Source: Nitrospinota bacterium
Lineage (GTDB): Bacteria > Nitrospinota_A > UBA7883 > JACRGQ01
Reading direction: 5' to 3'
DNA length: 64,000 bases
Assembly (NCBI GenBank): GCA_016217735.1
Contig: JACRGQ010000013.1
Coordinates: forward strand, 10,428 to 74,427
The position numbers and the translations under genes are program-made. This document shows positions 37,886 to 46,975 of the stretch, piece by piece (the first letter of the stretch is position 1; the number at the start of each line of letters is the position of its first letter). The notes beneath the pieces are model-generated. The model saw nothing but the letters and a program-made list of their open reading frames with translations. It was not told the origin of the DNA and did not search any database.

Positions 37886-38743
37886 TTATTTCTTAACCTT
37901 TGAAATGGCGGTTTCCACTTCCGCGAAGGATGGACGCACCTGATGCGGGATGACACGGCGGCCGAATTCCACGGCCACCTGCGGCGCCTCGCCCCGGACG
38001 AACGCCACGAGGATCACTTTGAGCATCATCAGGTATTGGTGGTCTTCGGTGGCGAGCGCCTCGAGGTTTTTGGACATCGGCCCGACGTAGCCGTAGCAGA
38101 GCAGCACGCCGAGGAAGGTGCCGACCAGGGCCGCGCCAACGTGGTGTCCCAGCACGGAGGGCGGCTCGTCGATCTTGCCCATGGTGATAACGACGCCGAG
38201 CACCGCCGCCACGATACCGAGGCCGGGCAGCGCGTCCGCCACGTTGCCGATAACCTTCGACGGGGTGAGCGCCTCTTCGTGGTGGGCTTCCAGTTCGGCG
38301 TCCAGCAGCGCGTCCAGATCGTGGGCCGCGATGGAGGTGCTCATCACCGTGCGGAGCGTATCGGTGACGAAATCGAGAAAGCCGTGATTGGCGCTGAACT
38401 TCTTGTACTTTTTAAAGATGGGGCTGTTTTTCGGTTTTTCCACGTCTTCTTCGATGGAGATCAGCCCTTCGCGGCGTATCTTGAAAAATATCTCGCTCAT
38501 CAGGCTCAGCGCTTCCAGGTAATCGGCCTTTCCGTAGGTTTTGCCGCTGAGTATCCGCTTTATGTCGGCGAACACCAGCTTGATGATCTTGGGCGGAGCC
38601 TGGATGATGAAGCCGCCGAGGGCCGCGCCGCCGATGATGAGCAGTTCCGCCGGCTGCAAAAGAACCGAGAAGTTGCCGTGTTCGAGGGCATACCCCCCCA
38701 GCACACATCCGAGAACGACGATGGCGCCGATTACCGCAAACAT
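37886..38743 (-). CDS. motA: MotA-like proton-channel stator protein
   Basis: 285 aa, four-TM MotA/TolQ/ExbB family; immediately upstream of motB. Confidence 0.8.
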   Translation of the reverse strand: MFAVIGAIVVLGCVLGGYALEHGNFSVLLQPAELLIIGGAALGGFIIQAPPKIIKLVFADIKRILSGKTYGKADYLEALSLMSEIFFKIRREGLISIEEDVEKPKNSPIFKKYKKFSANHGFLDFVTDTLRTVMSTSIAAHDLDALLDAELEAHHEEALTPSKVIGNVADALPGLGIVAAVLGVVITMGKIDEPPSVLGHHVGAALVGTFLGVLLCYGYVGPMSKNLEALATEDHQYLMMLKVILVAFVRGEAPQVAVEFGRRVIPHQVRPSFAEVETAISKVKK

Positions 38744-39340
38744 CTATTCGACACTCCTTCGGTTTTCCCGGAGTTCCCGGAAGATTTCACGCTGGCGCAA
38801 AAATACATAGTGAATAAGTCTATCCCGGATTTCCTCGTCCATGGGGGAAAAGTTCACCCACAGCCGCCCCTGTTCCGCCTTTACCGCCTTGCCGTAAATG
38901 TAGAGCGCCACCGGCGGGGCAACCGGGAGCATCATCTTCATCTCCACCCTGTCGCCCGGCGCGGCCGGCGCGGCAAACGGAAGGCAGATGCCGCCGCCGC
39001 TCAATTCCACCGAAAGGTGTGGCATGTGGCAAAACTCCTCCCGTTCCTTTTCCAGCAGGCTGAGGATGGCGTCAAGTTTCGCGTTGAGCATCCGCAGCCA
39101 CGCCGAAAGTAATCTATCGTCATGTTCCGGCAAATCCTTGAACTCCGCCTGGAGCAGGTCGGTGGAAACGCGGGATTTAAGTTCCTCCGCGTCGGCCGGG
39201 AGCACCCGCGCCTCAATCGGAATGAACGCGTCCACCTTGGAGTAATCCCCGTGGACGGAACTTTCCCATTGCTCTTTTTTTTGTTCTTCCATATCGCCGA
39301 TGTTGATTACTTTACCATACGGCTGAACGGCTGCCACCAA
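38744..39340 (-). CDS. PilZ-domain protein co-transcribed with motAB (possible c-di-GMP brake); canonical RxxxR not evident
   Basis: ELSGGGICLPF…GDRVEMKMMLP…GRLWVNF matches the PilZ DxSxxG beta-barrel core. Confidence 0.55.
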   Translation of the reverse strand: MVAAVQPYGKVINIGDMEEQKKEQWESSVHGDYSKVDAFIPIEARVLPADAEELKSRVSTDLLQAEFKDLPEHDDRLLSAWLRMLNAKLDAILSLLEKEREEFCHMPHLSVELSGGGICLPFAAPAAPGDRVEMKMMLPVAPPVALYIYGKAVKAEQGRLWVNFSPMDEEIRDRLIHYVFLRQREIFRELRENRRSVE

Positions 39341-39466
39341 TCGTTTTACCCCGATGCACTCTAATGAAACGTTTCACTTTATCCGTTTGCGCCGCAAATA
39401 CCCCGGCGGCGCAAACGCATTTGTAAACAGTCAATTATTGGGCCTTGCGGCCCCTATAAGAGAATA

Positions 39467-40240
39467 TCAAACCAGACGGAGGAGTAGCAACCCTAAAAGA
39501 GCCGCCAGCCCGGCGGGAACGATCACCTCGCCCGTGGCGCTTCCGAGCAGCAGCAGGTGGTAGATGAAGAGAAAATCCTGCTTCAGCGACATTTTGCTGC
39601 TTCCCTCCGTCCGCTGGTTGAAGACGTAGGGTACCTCGATGCTTTTTGTAAATTTCCCCCGCACCAGCACTTCGAGGAAAATCTTGAAGCCGGTCGGCGA
39701 GAGTTTTTTCAGGTTTACCCGGTCCGCCTTGAAGAGGAAACAGCCAGTGGTGGTGTCGTGAATCCCCCAGAGCGTTTTGGGGAGCAGTATTTTGGCTATG
39801 ATGTTCGCCACGTTCGATATGACCACGCGGTACCACGCCCAGTCCTGGGTGCCGCCCCCCTCCACCTTGCGGCTGGCGATGGCCATGTCGGCGTTTTCCC
39901 GCACCGCCGCTTCGTACAGGCGGCGGATGATGTCGGGCGGATGCTGCAGGTCGGAATCGATGACGGCGAAATGCGCGCCGCCCGCCGCTTCCCAGCCGCG
40001 CACCACGGCGGTGGCAAGCCCCCGCTCGGTGGTGCGGCATATCACCTTGAGGCCGGGATAGCGTTCTTTGAGAGCTTCGGCGGTCTTGGCGGTGCCGTCC
40101 GGCGAGTTGTCGTCCACCACGATCATCTCCACGGTCACGCCGCTCCCGGCAAAGCTGCCGTGCACGCGGCGGAGCAGTTCGGCGATGTTCTTCGCCTCGT
40201 TGTAGGTGGGCATTACCAGTGAAATTGCGGGGGCCGTCAT
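39467..40240 (-). CDS. GT2 polyprenol-phosphate glycosyltransferase (dolichol-P-mannose synthase-like)
   Basis: SLVMPTYNEAKNI…VVDDNSPDGT…DSDLQHPP GT2 motifs with C-terminal TM helices; start at an internal ATG. Confidence 0.8.
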   Translation of the reverse strand: MTAPAISLVMPTYNEAKNIAELLRRVHGSFAGSGVTVEMIVVDDNSPDGTAKTAEALKERYPGLKVICRTTERGLATAVVRGWEAAGGAHFAVIDSDLQHPPDIIRRLYEAAVRENADMAIASRKVEGGGTQDWAWYRVVISNVANIIAKILLPKTLWGIHDTTTGCFLFKADRVNLKKLSPTGFKIFLEVLVRGKFTKSIEVPYVFNQRTEGSSKMSLKQDFLFIYHLLLLGSATGEVIVPAGLAALLGLLLLRLV

Positions 40241-40290
40241 GCGGGGAAGTCTACCAGAAACCGCGCGCCGCGCGAAACGCCATTCCGTTT

Positions 40291-40320
40291 TTAACCACGA
40301 ATAACACGAATAGCACGAAG
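40291..40320. promoter_or_regulatory. Three tandem 9-bp iterons (NNNCACGAA) upstream of the GT2 gene
   Basis: aaCCACGAATaaCACGAATagCACGAAGag; a similar array occurs at 57026-57060. Confidence 0.3.
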
Positions 40321-40393
40321 AGGGAAGAATTTCGCCGGATATTTGGGCAATATAGCGGTATGCGGTAGAATAATTCAGGCGAGGATATAGAAA

Positions 40394-40684
40394 ATGACCA
40401 TGGAAACATTGCTCAAAGAGAAGCGGCGGGAAATCCTGCGCATTGCCCGTGAGTATGGTGCGAGCAGAATCCGTATATTTGGTTCCGTCGCGCGGGGTGA
40501 AGACCGGCCCGATAGCGATGTCGATTTTCTTGTCGAAATGGAAGATGGGCGCAGCCTTCTCGACATCGGCGGCATGCAAATGGACCTTCAAGACCTGTTG
40601 GGAAGGAAGGTGGATGTTGTTACCGAAAAAGGGATGCGCCCTCGGATAAAAGACAGGGTATCAAAAGAAGCCGTTTCCCTATGA
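40394..40684 (+). CDS. MntA-type nucleotidyltransferase antitoxin
   Basis: IFGSVARGEDRPDSDVDFLVE is the NTase GS/DxD motif; 4-nt overlap with the downstream HEPN gene. Confidence 0.8.
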   Translation: MTMETLLKEKRREILRIAREYGASRIRIFGSVARGEDRPDSDVDFLVEMEDGRSLLDIGGMQMDLQDLLGRKVDVVTEKGMRPRIKDRVSKEAVSL

Positions 40685-41013
40685 GGGATGACCGCCAGCG
40701 CATTCTGGATATTCTGGAAGCGATAGAGAAGATCGAAAAGCATACCTGTGGCGGCAAAACGGCATTTGAAGAAGACGAACTGATCCAAACATGGGTTGTC
40801 TACCACCTTCAGATCATCGGCGAAGCGGCCAGCAAGATTTCCGACGCCGGCAAAGAAAAATATTCCGCGGTTCCCTGGCGCAAAATAATCGGCATGAGGA
40901 ATACCCTTGTTCACGGATATTTTGGGGTGGATGCCGATGTCGTGTGGGCGGCTGTGAAGAATGACTTGCCAGCCCTCAAGGAATCGCTTGGGAATCCCCC
41001 ATTACCGCTATAG
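40681..41013 (+). CDS. HepT-type HEPN toxin (DUF86)
   Basis: RNTLVHGY is the HEPN Rx4-6H motif; 110 aa. Confidence 0.8.
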   Translation: MRDDRQRILDILEAIEKIEKHTCGGKTAFEEDELIQTWVVYHLQIIGEAASKISDAGKEKYSAVPWRKIIGMRNTLVHGYFGVDADVVWAAVKNDLPALKESLGNPPLPL

Positions 41014-41592
41014 TTTCCTGATATATGAAGAAGTATCGGCCTTGCCCGTGCTTGTAACCACACCATTAAAGTTGTGAAGTTGTGAATTTGCTTTTTCTGA
41101 ATAGGTGGTTAACTCTTTTTTGAGATCTTCATAAAGCCGTTTTGCTTCCTCATTGTTATACGTTGCACACACCTTGTCACAGAATTCAATAAGGTGTTTA
41201 TTAAGTACTGGGGTTATTTTAGAATATTTCTTGAGCCAGTCAATATTTCCCTCAAAGCGCGATTCCGTGAGGTGGACAAGCCTTTGACTAGAATTTGTGT
41301 AAAAATCACCAAATCGTGTTTCTATTTTCCAGTTTAAATCAAACTTGCCTAACCAAACGTCATTTTCAAAATGCCTCTTGTCCATGGTGAAGAATTCAAC
41401 TAAGCATCGGCAATGGGCTATGTAGCTGTCCAATGTGGCCTGCCACTCAACTCTTTCCCTATCACTTCCACTTCTCTTTTTCCCAAAGGAACTGTCTGTA
41501 AGAAGCAACAAGGTCTCGTTCATCATCCACGCTTCAAATTGGATGTGTTTGTGGCGATCTATAAGGTAGTTTCCATCTTTATTGCTATTCAT
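41008..41592 (-). CDS. AT-rich orphan hypothetical protein (194 aa), likely horizontally acquired
   Basis: Markedly lower GC than its flanks; convergent with the HepT/MntA pair; no recognised motif. Confidence 0.5.
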   Translation of the reverse strand: MNSNKDGNYLIDRHKHIQFEAWMMNETLLLLTDSSFGKKRSGSDRERVEWQATLDSYIAHCRCLVEFFTMDKRHFENDVWLGKFDLNWKIETRFGDFYTNSSQRLVHLTESRFEGNIDWLKKYSKITPVLNKHLIEFCDKVCATYNNEEAKRLYEDLKKELTTYSEKANSQLHNFNGVVTSTGKADTSSYIRKL

Positions 41593-41687
41593 GGCAAAAC
41601 ATTATACATGAAAGGCTATGTGGCTGTTGCTGTCGTGTCGGGAGGGTGGTGTTTGGGGGTAGGGGCAACGTTTTACTTGTTGGGTTA

Positions 41688-42413
41688 TCAGCCTTTCTGG
41701 AGGTCGCTGGGGAGTTGCAAGGTGATGCCGTTGACGGCGGAGGAGCGCGGGCCGGCGAGGAAGAGGATCGCGTCGGCCACCTGCTCCGGTTTCAGCTTCG
41801 GGCCGTCGAAGCCGGGGAAGGCGTCGCGCAGCATGCCGGTGTCCACCGCGCCGGGGGCCACCGCGTTCACGCGGATGCCGTATTGTTTTCCTTCTTCCGC
41901 CAAGGCTTCGGTGATGCCGATCACGGCAAACTTCGACGCGCAGTAGACCGAGAACCCCGGAAACTTCTTCGCCCCCTGCACACCCGAAAGGGACGATACG
42001 CTGACGATGCTGCCTCCCTTGGCCTTCATCAGCCCAAACGCCTCGCGGCAGCAGAGGAAGACAGCGGCGGCGTTCACCTGCATCACGCGGTGGTACTCCG
42101 CCATCGAAACATCCTCGACGTACGCGCCGGAAAAAACCCCGGCGTTGTTCACCAAAATATCGAGCGTTCCATACATGGTTTGGATATGCGCGAAAAGGGC
42201 GATGACCGCTTTTTCGTCCGCCATGTCGCATTCAACCGTTTCGGCTTCGCCGCCGGCATCGGCAATCAGCCGCGCGGTTTCGTTCAACTCGTTCTCCGAG
42301 CGCGCGCAGACGATCACCCGCGCCCCCTCTTTGGCCAGCAACAGCGCCACGGCCCGGCCTATGCCGCGCCCCGCGCCGGTCACCAGCGCCGTTTTTCCGT
42401 CAAGCGGTCCCAT
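41688..42413 (-). CDS. SDR-family oxidoreductase (FabG-like)
   Basis: TGAGRGIGRA Rossmann motif and YCASKFA catalytic YxxxK. Confidence 0.85.
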   Translation of the reverse strand: MGPLDGKTALVTGAGRGIGRAVALLLAKEGARVIVCARSENELNETARLIADAGGEAETVECDMADEKAVIALFAHIQTMYGTLDILVNNAGVFSGAYVEDVSMAEYHRVMQVNAAAVFLCCREAFGLMKAKGGSIVSVSSLSGVQGAKKFPGFSVYCASKFAVIGITEALAEEGKQYGIRVNAVAPGAVDTGMLRDAFPGFDGPKLKPEQVADAILFLAGPRSSAVNGITLQLPSDLQKG

Positions 42414-42435
42414 GCCGCTTATTTTACCCCCTTCT

Positions 42436-42514
42436 TGTCATTCTGAGCATTGCGAAGAATCCCTTTCCGGGAAAAGATTAAGAAAGAGATACTTCCCCTA
42501 CGGCTCAGGATGAC
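42436..42514. repeat. Palindromic intergenic repeat, family 1, copy B (with central insertion)
   Basis: TGTCATTCTGAGCATTGCGAAGAATCCCTTTCCGG…GGCTCAGGATGAC. Confidence 0.6.
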
Positions 42515-42519
42515 CGGGA

Positions 42520-43599
42520 TTACGCCCGGTCGAGCCATTCCGTCAGCGGCGCGATTACCCGCTCCCAGCGGTAATGCCGCTCCACCCGCTCCACCCCCGC
42601 CGCGCCGAGCCGCCGCCTCTCGCCGGCATTTTGCAGCAGATGTGCGATACGTTCGGCCAGCGCGGGAAAATCGTCCTCCTCCGCCAGCAGCGCCTCCGAC
42701 CCGTCGCGCGATACCTCCGGCACCGCCCCGGCGCGGAAGGCGGCGATGGGAAGACCCGCGGCCATCGCCTCCAACAGCACCACCCCAAAATTCTCCTGCA
42801 TGCTCGGCAGGCAGAACACATCGGCGGCGCGGTATAGCGGAGCCAGCGCGGGGCCGGGGGGGATATGCCCCAACATTTCAACCGACGGCGTTAGCCCGCG
42901 CTCACGCACCAGCATGCACAGCCGCTCGAACTCCAGCCCATCACCGGCCACCATCAGCCGCGCCTCCGGGACTTTTTTCAACACCAGCGGCCAAGCGTCG
43001 GCGATGAGGCGGTCAACGCTTTTGCGCCGGTAAAGGCGCGCCACGCAGAGCAGGGTGGGGCGCGCGTCCGTCCGGGGGGGCGCGGCGCTCAGCCACGCGC
43101 GCCAATCGTCCAGAAAAAGCCCGTTGTTCATCACCCGTATTTTCGCGGCGGGGAGGCCATAGAGCGCCGCCGCCTTGCGGGCGGTGTACTCGCTCGACAC
43201 GAAAACCGCCGCCGCTTTTTCCGCGGTGCGCCGCTCCATCCGCGCCAGAAGCCGCACGGCCCCGCCGATCAAGCCGCGCTCGAAGCGGATGATATCGGCG
43301 TACAGCGCCTGCAGCATGCAGGCGTACGGCACATTGTGGGGAAAGAAAAATCCGTCCTGGTCGAATGCCACGTTCGGCATCCGCTCACGGCGGCCCATGC
43401 CGTCCCCGATGCGATAACCGAACGCCAGCCGCTGAAAAGTCGTGAGGAGATAGTTTTCGGAGGATGCGGTGAAATCGAGCGTTTCCACCCCAACGCCGCG
43501 TTGCCGCAACGCGGCGATGACGCCGTTCGCCACCGCCGAGGTGCCGCTGCCGAATCCCCCTTCGAGGGGCCATGAAGTGACGATGCGGCAGCGTTTCAT
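42520..43599 (-). CDS. Glycosyltransferase family 4
   Basis: C-terminal EGFGLVLLEAMAAGLPIAA GT4 motif; start at an internal MKRCRIV. Confidence 0.8.
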   Translation of the reverse strand: MKRCRIVTSWPLEGGFGSGTSAVANGVIAALRQRGVGVETLDFTASSENYLLTTFQRLAFGYRIGDGMGRRERMPNVAFDQDGFFFPHNVPYACMLQALYADIIRFERGLIGGAVRLLARMERRTAEKAAAVFVSSEYTARKAAALYGLPAAKIRVMNNGLFLDDWRAWLSAAPPRTDARPTLLCVARLYRRKSVDRLIADAWPLVLKKVPEARLMVAGDGLEFERLCMLVRERGLTPSVEMLGHIPPGPALAPLYRAADVFCLPSMQENFGVVLLEAMAAGLPIAAFRAGAVPEVSRDGSEALLAEEDDFPALAERIAHLLQNAGERRRLGAAGVERVERHYRWERVIAPLTEWLDRA

Positions 43600-43613
43600 G
43601 GCGCCGCCGCCGG

Positions 43614-44177
43614 CTATTTCTTGCGCTTCATCAAGTCGTCGAAATAGGCGACGATTTCGGGATCGTTCCACTCCCGCATTCCATCCGCCTGTGAAACGAT
43701 CTCCCCCTTGGGATTGATGACGAAGGTGGACGGCAACGAACTGACCCCGTACCTGTTGGATGCATCGCTGTCGGGATCGTGGAATATCTCGAAGGTGAGT
43801 CCGTATTGTTTAACGAATCTTTTCACCTTGTCGGGGCCGCCGCGGTCCACCGACACCGCCAGCACCACCATGTTCTTCGCCTTGAATTTTTTCGAGAATT
43901 CCTCCATCGAGGGCATCTCCGCCACGCAGGGGGAGCACCAGGTGGCCCAGAAATTCAGCAGCACCCATTTTCCCCGGTAGTCGCTTAATCGCGCATTGCC
44001 GCCCCCTAAACGGTTGAGCGTCAGATCCGGGGCCGGAGCACTTTCCTTGGCCGAAGCCTCCGCGTCGAAGTGGTCATGGGGATAGAAGGTGAACGAGGCC
44101 CCGTATCCCAATGCCACCGCCAGCGCCGCCAACAGCAGGCGGCGCGGCTTACGCAGCAGCAAAAGGGCGGATTTCAA
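43614..44177 (-). CDS. TlpA/ResA-like thiol-disulfide oxidoreductase (thioredoxin fold)
   Basis: [13 protein letters not shown] CxxC motif; N-terminal TM/signal. Confidence 0.8.
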   Translation of the reverse strand: MKSALLLLRKPRRLLLAALAVALGYGASFTFYPHDHFDAEASAKESAPAPDLTLNRLGGGNARLSDYRGKWVLLNFWATWCSPCVAEMPSMEEFSKKFKAKNMVVLAVSVDRGGPDKVKRFVKQYGLTFEIFHDPDSDASNRYGVSSLPSTFVINPKGEIVSQADGMREWNDPEIVAYFDDLMKRKK

Positions 44178-44401
44178 AACACCTGCTCGACGGATGTGAT
44201 TCCCGCGACCTTTTCCACGAGCGCCCGCTCAATGCCGAGCTTCAGCGTGTAGGTGGAAGAAGGGCACGCGCCGCACGCGCCGACCAAGCGGACGGAAACG
44301 ACGCCTTCCTGTACATCCACCAGTTCCACATCGCCGCCATCGGCATTCAGCGCCGGGCGTATCGATTCCAAGACTTTTTCAACCTGCTCTTTCACTTCCA
44401 T
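44174..44401 (-). CDS. NifU C-terminal domain (Nfu-type Fe-S scaffold) protein
   Basis: [11 protein letters not shown] CxxC motif; 75 aa. Confidence 0.8.
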   Translation of the reverse strand: MEVKEQVEKVLESIRPALNADGGDVELVDVQEGVVSVRLVGACGACPSSTYTLKLGIERALVEKVAGITSVEQVF

Positions 44402-44615
44402 GATTTTTCCTTTCCCGCATAAATGCGGACTGTTGTTACTCTTATCATTTCATTTTATCCACTGTATCCCGATTATTCAAGTAGAGCCGGGAAATCGGGG
44501 AAATGTTCAATTGATTGTATTTGCAGGGCTAAATTTTAGGCTTCGGCGTTATTTCTTTGTAATACAATGGCTTGCTGATAAGCGCAATTTGCAGAATTGG
44601 CATCGTGTGGAACGG

Positions 44616-45905
44616 TTACCGGCGTTCGAAGAGGGCGAGGGTCTCCACATGGAAGGTGTTGGGGAACATGTCGAGCGGCTGGGCCGAGATCAGCTGAAAT
44701 CCGTTTTCGCAGATGTCTTTAGCGTCGCGCGCCAGCGACGGCGGGTCGCACGACACATAGACGACCCGTTCTTTCGCCAGCAGCTTCAGCCACCGGCCTA
44801 TCCCTTTCGCGCCGGCGCGGGGCGGGTCGAGCAGCACCGTGTCGAACATCCGCTTTTCCCGCGTCATCCGCTGAACGTTGCGGACGGCGTCCCCCGGTAT
44901 AAACTCCGCCGGAAGATTCAGGCGCGCCGCGTTCCTCTCGGCGTCTTCCACGGCGAAGCGGGAGTGCTCCACGCCGGTTACTTTCAGTCCCGCGGCCGCC
45001 AGCGGGAAGGCGAGGTTCCCCATGCCGCAGTAGAGGTCGAGCGCCGTTTTCCCTTTTGCCGGGGCGGCCAGTTTTTTGGCCTTCTCGACCAACAGCCGGT
45101 TGCCGCCGGGATTCACCTGCGAAAAAACGGTGGGGCCGTATTCCAGCGCGATGCCGCCGCCGATATTGACCGAAAGAATGTCTTCGCCGTAGACCGCCAA
45201 GTCGTGTCCCGACGCGATGGAAAGTCCCGCCGCGCCGGGTATCGCATCCAGCATCGCCTCGGCGAACGCATGCTCCGGCATTTTGCGCATCGCCAGCCGC
45301 AGCCGGGCGAGAGCGGCCGGGTAGCCGGTCTCTATGACGATATCTTCGATGGCGGGAACGTCCGCGTGATGCGCGTCCAGAAAAACGCGCAGCTCGCCGA
45401 TCACTTTGTTGATGCCGTCATTCGCCACCGCGCAGCGGCTGATGTTCACGATGTCGTTTGTCCGCGCCCGGTGATAGCCGAGCAGCAGGCTGCCGCCGCC
45501 GATGCCGCAGTGGAGTTTTATCCGGCTGCGGTAGCCGAGTTCCGCCAGCGACGGGGCGCAGGGGGAGACGTCGGCCTTCAGTTTGGCGATGTGCATGAAC
45601 TGTTCCCCCACGATGGACTGCTTGGCGGCAAGCTGCGCTTCATAGCCGAGCGCCATCCAGGGGCAGCCGCCGCAATCGTCCACATAGGGGCAGACGGGCG
45701 CGCGCCGCAGCGGCGAGGGGCTTTCCACCTTTGCCACCGACGCTTCGATGAAGCGGGGCTGTTCTTTCGTCACGCGGGCCAGCACACGATCGCCGGGAAA
45801 GGCGCCCGTCACAAAAACAATCTTCCCCTCGTGGCGGCCCACGCCGGCGCCGCCGAAGGCAAGCTTCTCTATTTCAATGGAAAACACGCTGTTCATCCGC
45901 GGCAC
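44616..45905 (-). CDS. rlmD: 23S rRNA (uracil-C5)-methyltransferase RlmD/RumA family
   Basis: N-terminal TRAM domain, Fe-S Cys cluster, C-terminal class-I MTase DLYCGMGN. Confidence 0.8.
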   Translation of the reverse strand: MPRMNSVFSIEIEKLAFGGAGVGRHEGKIVFVTGAFPGDRVLARVTKEQPRFIEASVAKVESPSPLRRAPVCPYVDDCGGCPWMALGYEAQLAAKQSIVGEQFMHIAKLKADVSPCAPSLAELGYRSRIKLHCGIGGGSLLLGYHRARTNDIVNISRCAVANDGINKVIGELRVFLDAHHADVPAIEDIVIETGYPAALARLRLAMRKMPEHAFAEAMLDAIPGAAGLSIASGHDLAVYGEDILSVNIGGGIALEYGPTVFSQVNPGGNRLLVEKAKKLAAPAKGKTALDLYCGMGNLAFPLAAAGLKVTGVEHSRFAVEDAERNAARLNLPAEFIPGDAVRNVQRMTREKRMFDTVLLDPPRAGAKGIGRWLKLLAKERVVYVSCDPPSLARDAKDICENGFQLISAQPLDMFPNTFHVETLALFERR

Positions 45906-45936
45906 TATACCCCGCGCGGCCCCGTTTTCGGCGTTT

Positions 45937-46773
45937 TTAAAAATTGCCGGAGCGGTAGTCCTCGAACGCTTGTTTCAATTCCTTCTGTGTGTTCATCACG
46001 AAGGGGCCGTACCGCGCCACCGGCTCGTTCAGCTTTTTCGCCGCCAGCAGCAGGAAACGCGCACCCTCCGGCCCCGCCGTGATGCGTACCCCATCGCCGT
46101 CGTCGCCGAGCGCCGCCAGCGCCGTCTGTTGCACGGCCGTGCCGCCCATCTTCGCGCTTCCTTGAAAAAGATAGGCAAACGCGGAGTGAGTGTCCGGCAA
46201 CCCGTGCTCGTAAACGCCGCCCGGCGGCAGCGTTACATCCAGATAGAGCGGCGCGGTGACCACCCCCCGCACCGGCCCCGTTGCGCCGTCCGCTTCGCCG
46301 GCGATCACGCGCACCAACGCGCCGTCGGCGCGTTTCACCAGCGGCACATCCTCCGGCTCGATGTTCTGGTAACGCGGCGGCATCATTTTATCCGCGGCGG
46401 GGAGGTTTACCCAGAGTTGGAATCCCCAGATGAGGCCGTCTTTCTGTTTGGGCATTTCGGAATGGATGATGCCGCGCCCGGCGGTCATCCACTGCACGCC
46501 GCCGCCCCCGCGCAGAACGCCCCGGTTGCCGTGGTTGTCGGCGTGCTCCATCAGCCCCGCCAGCATATAGGTAACGGTTTCGAATCCCCGGTGCGGGTGA
46601 TCGGGAAAACCGGCGATGTAGTCGCCGGGAGTGTCGCTGCGGAATTCGTCCAGCATGAGGAACGGGTCGAGCTGCTCCAGTCCCTCCGTGCCGAGGCTGC
46701 GCACCAGTTGCACTCCCGCCCCGTCGGTCACCCGCTTTCCCCGTATCACTTTATCCACGGTTCGTGTTTTCAT
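45937..46773 (-). CDS. Pirin-family protein
   Basis: Bicupin with HPHRGFETVTY signature; RBS GGAG before an internal ATG. Confidence 0.8.
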   Translation of the reverse strand: MKTRTVDKVIRGKRVTDGAGVQLVRSLGTEGLEQLDPFLMLDEFRSDTPGDYIAGFPDHPHRGFETVTYMLAGLMEHADNHGNRGVLRGGGGVQWMTAGRGIIHSEMPKQKDGLIWGFQLWVNLPAADKMMPPRYQNIEPEDVPLVKRADGALVRVIAGEADGATGPVRGVVTAPLYLDVTLPPGGVYEHGLPDTHSAFAYLFQGSAKMGGTAVQQTALAALGDDGDGVRITAGPEGARFLLLAAKKLNEPVARYGPFVMNTQKELKQAFEDYRSGNF

Positions 46774-46975
46774 GGCATGCTCCTTTGATATATCTTCACG
46801 ATGCGCCTTTTCGCCGATTTTGGCAATGTACCCCGGTGCGTGGCGCGCCGCCGCAAGGTGGTGTATCATAAAAAAATGGCGCGGGGCGTTTGCACCCGCT
46901 TTATCACGATAAAACGGGTTCCGCGTTTTTTGCGCCGACGCTTTGGATGAGAGAGCACTACGGAAAGGAAATCAG

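Noticed and set aside
37001-38743. MotA/MotB pair as a Zorya-type defence system
   Set aside because: ZorA is much longer, with a long C-terminal tail, and Zorya has ZorC/D partners. Here MotA is 285 aa and MotB has a standard OmpA domain, with a PilZ gene upstream. These are ordinary stator proteins.
44402-44615. Near-consensus DnaA box (TTATCCACT) in the AT-rich spacer
   Set aside because: It is a single box with one mismatch and no clustering, so it is not meaningful as an origin signal.
46870-46975. Possible TPP riboswitch upstream of thiC
   Set aside because: I looked for the THI-box features (CUGAGA, GGGGUGC…, pyrimidine-sensor helix). I found only a loose tGAGAGAGC and two small hairpins. 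It may exist, but I cannot support it by eye; an Rfam scan with RF00059 would decide.
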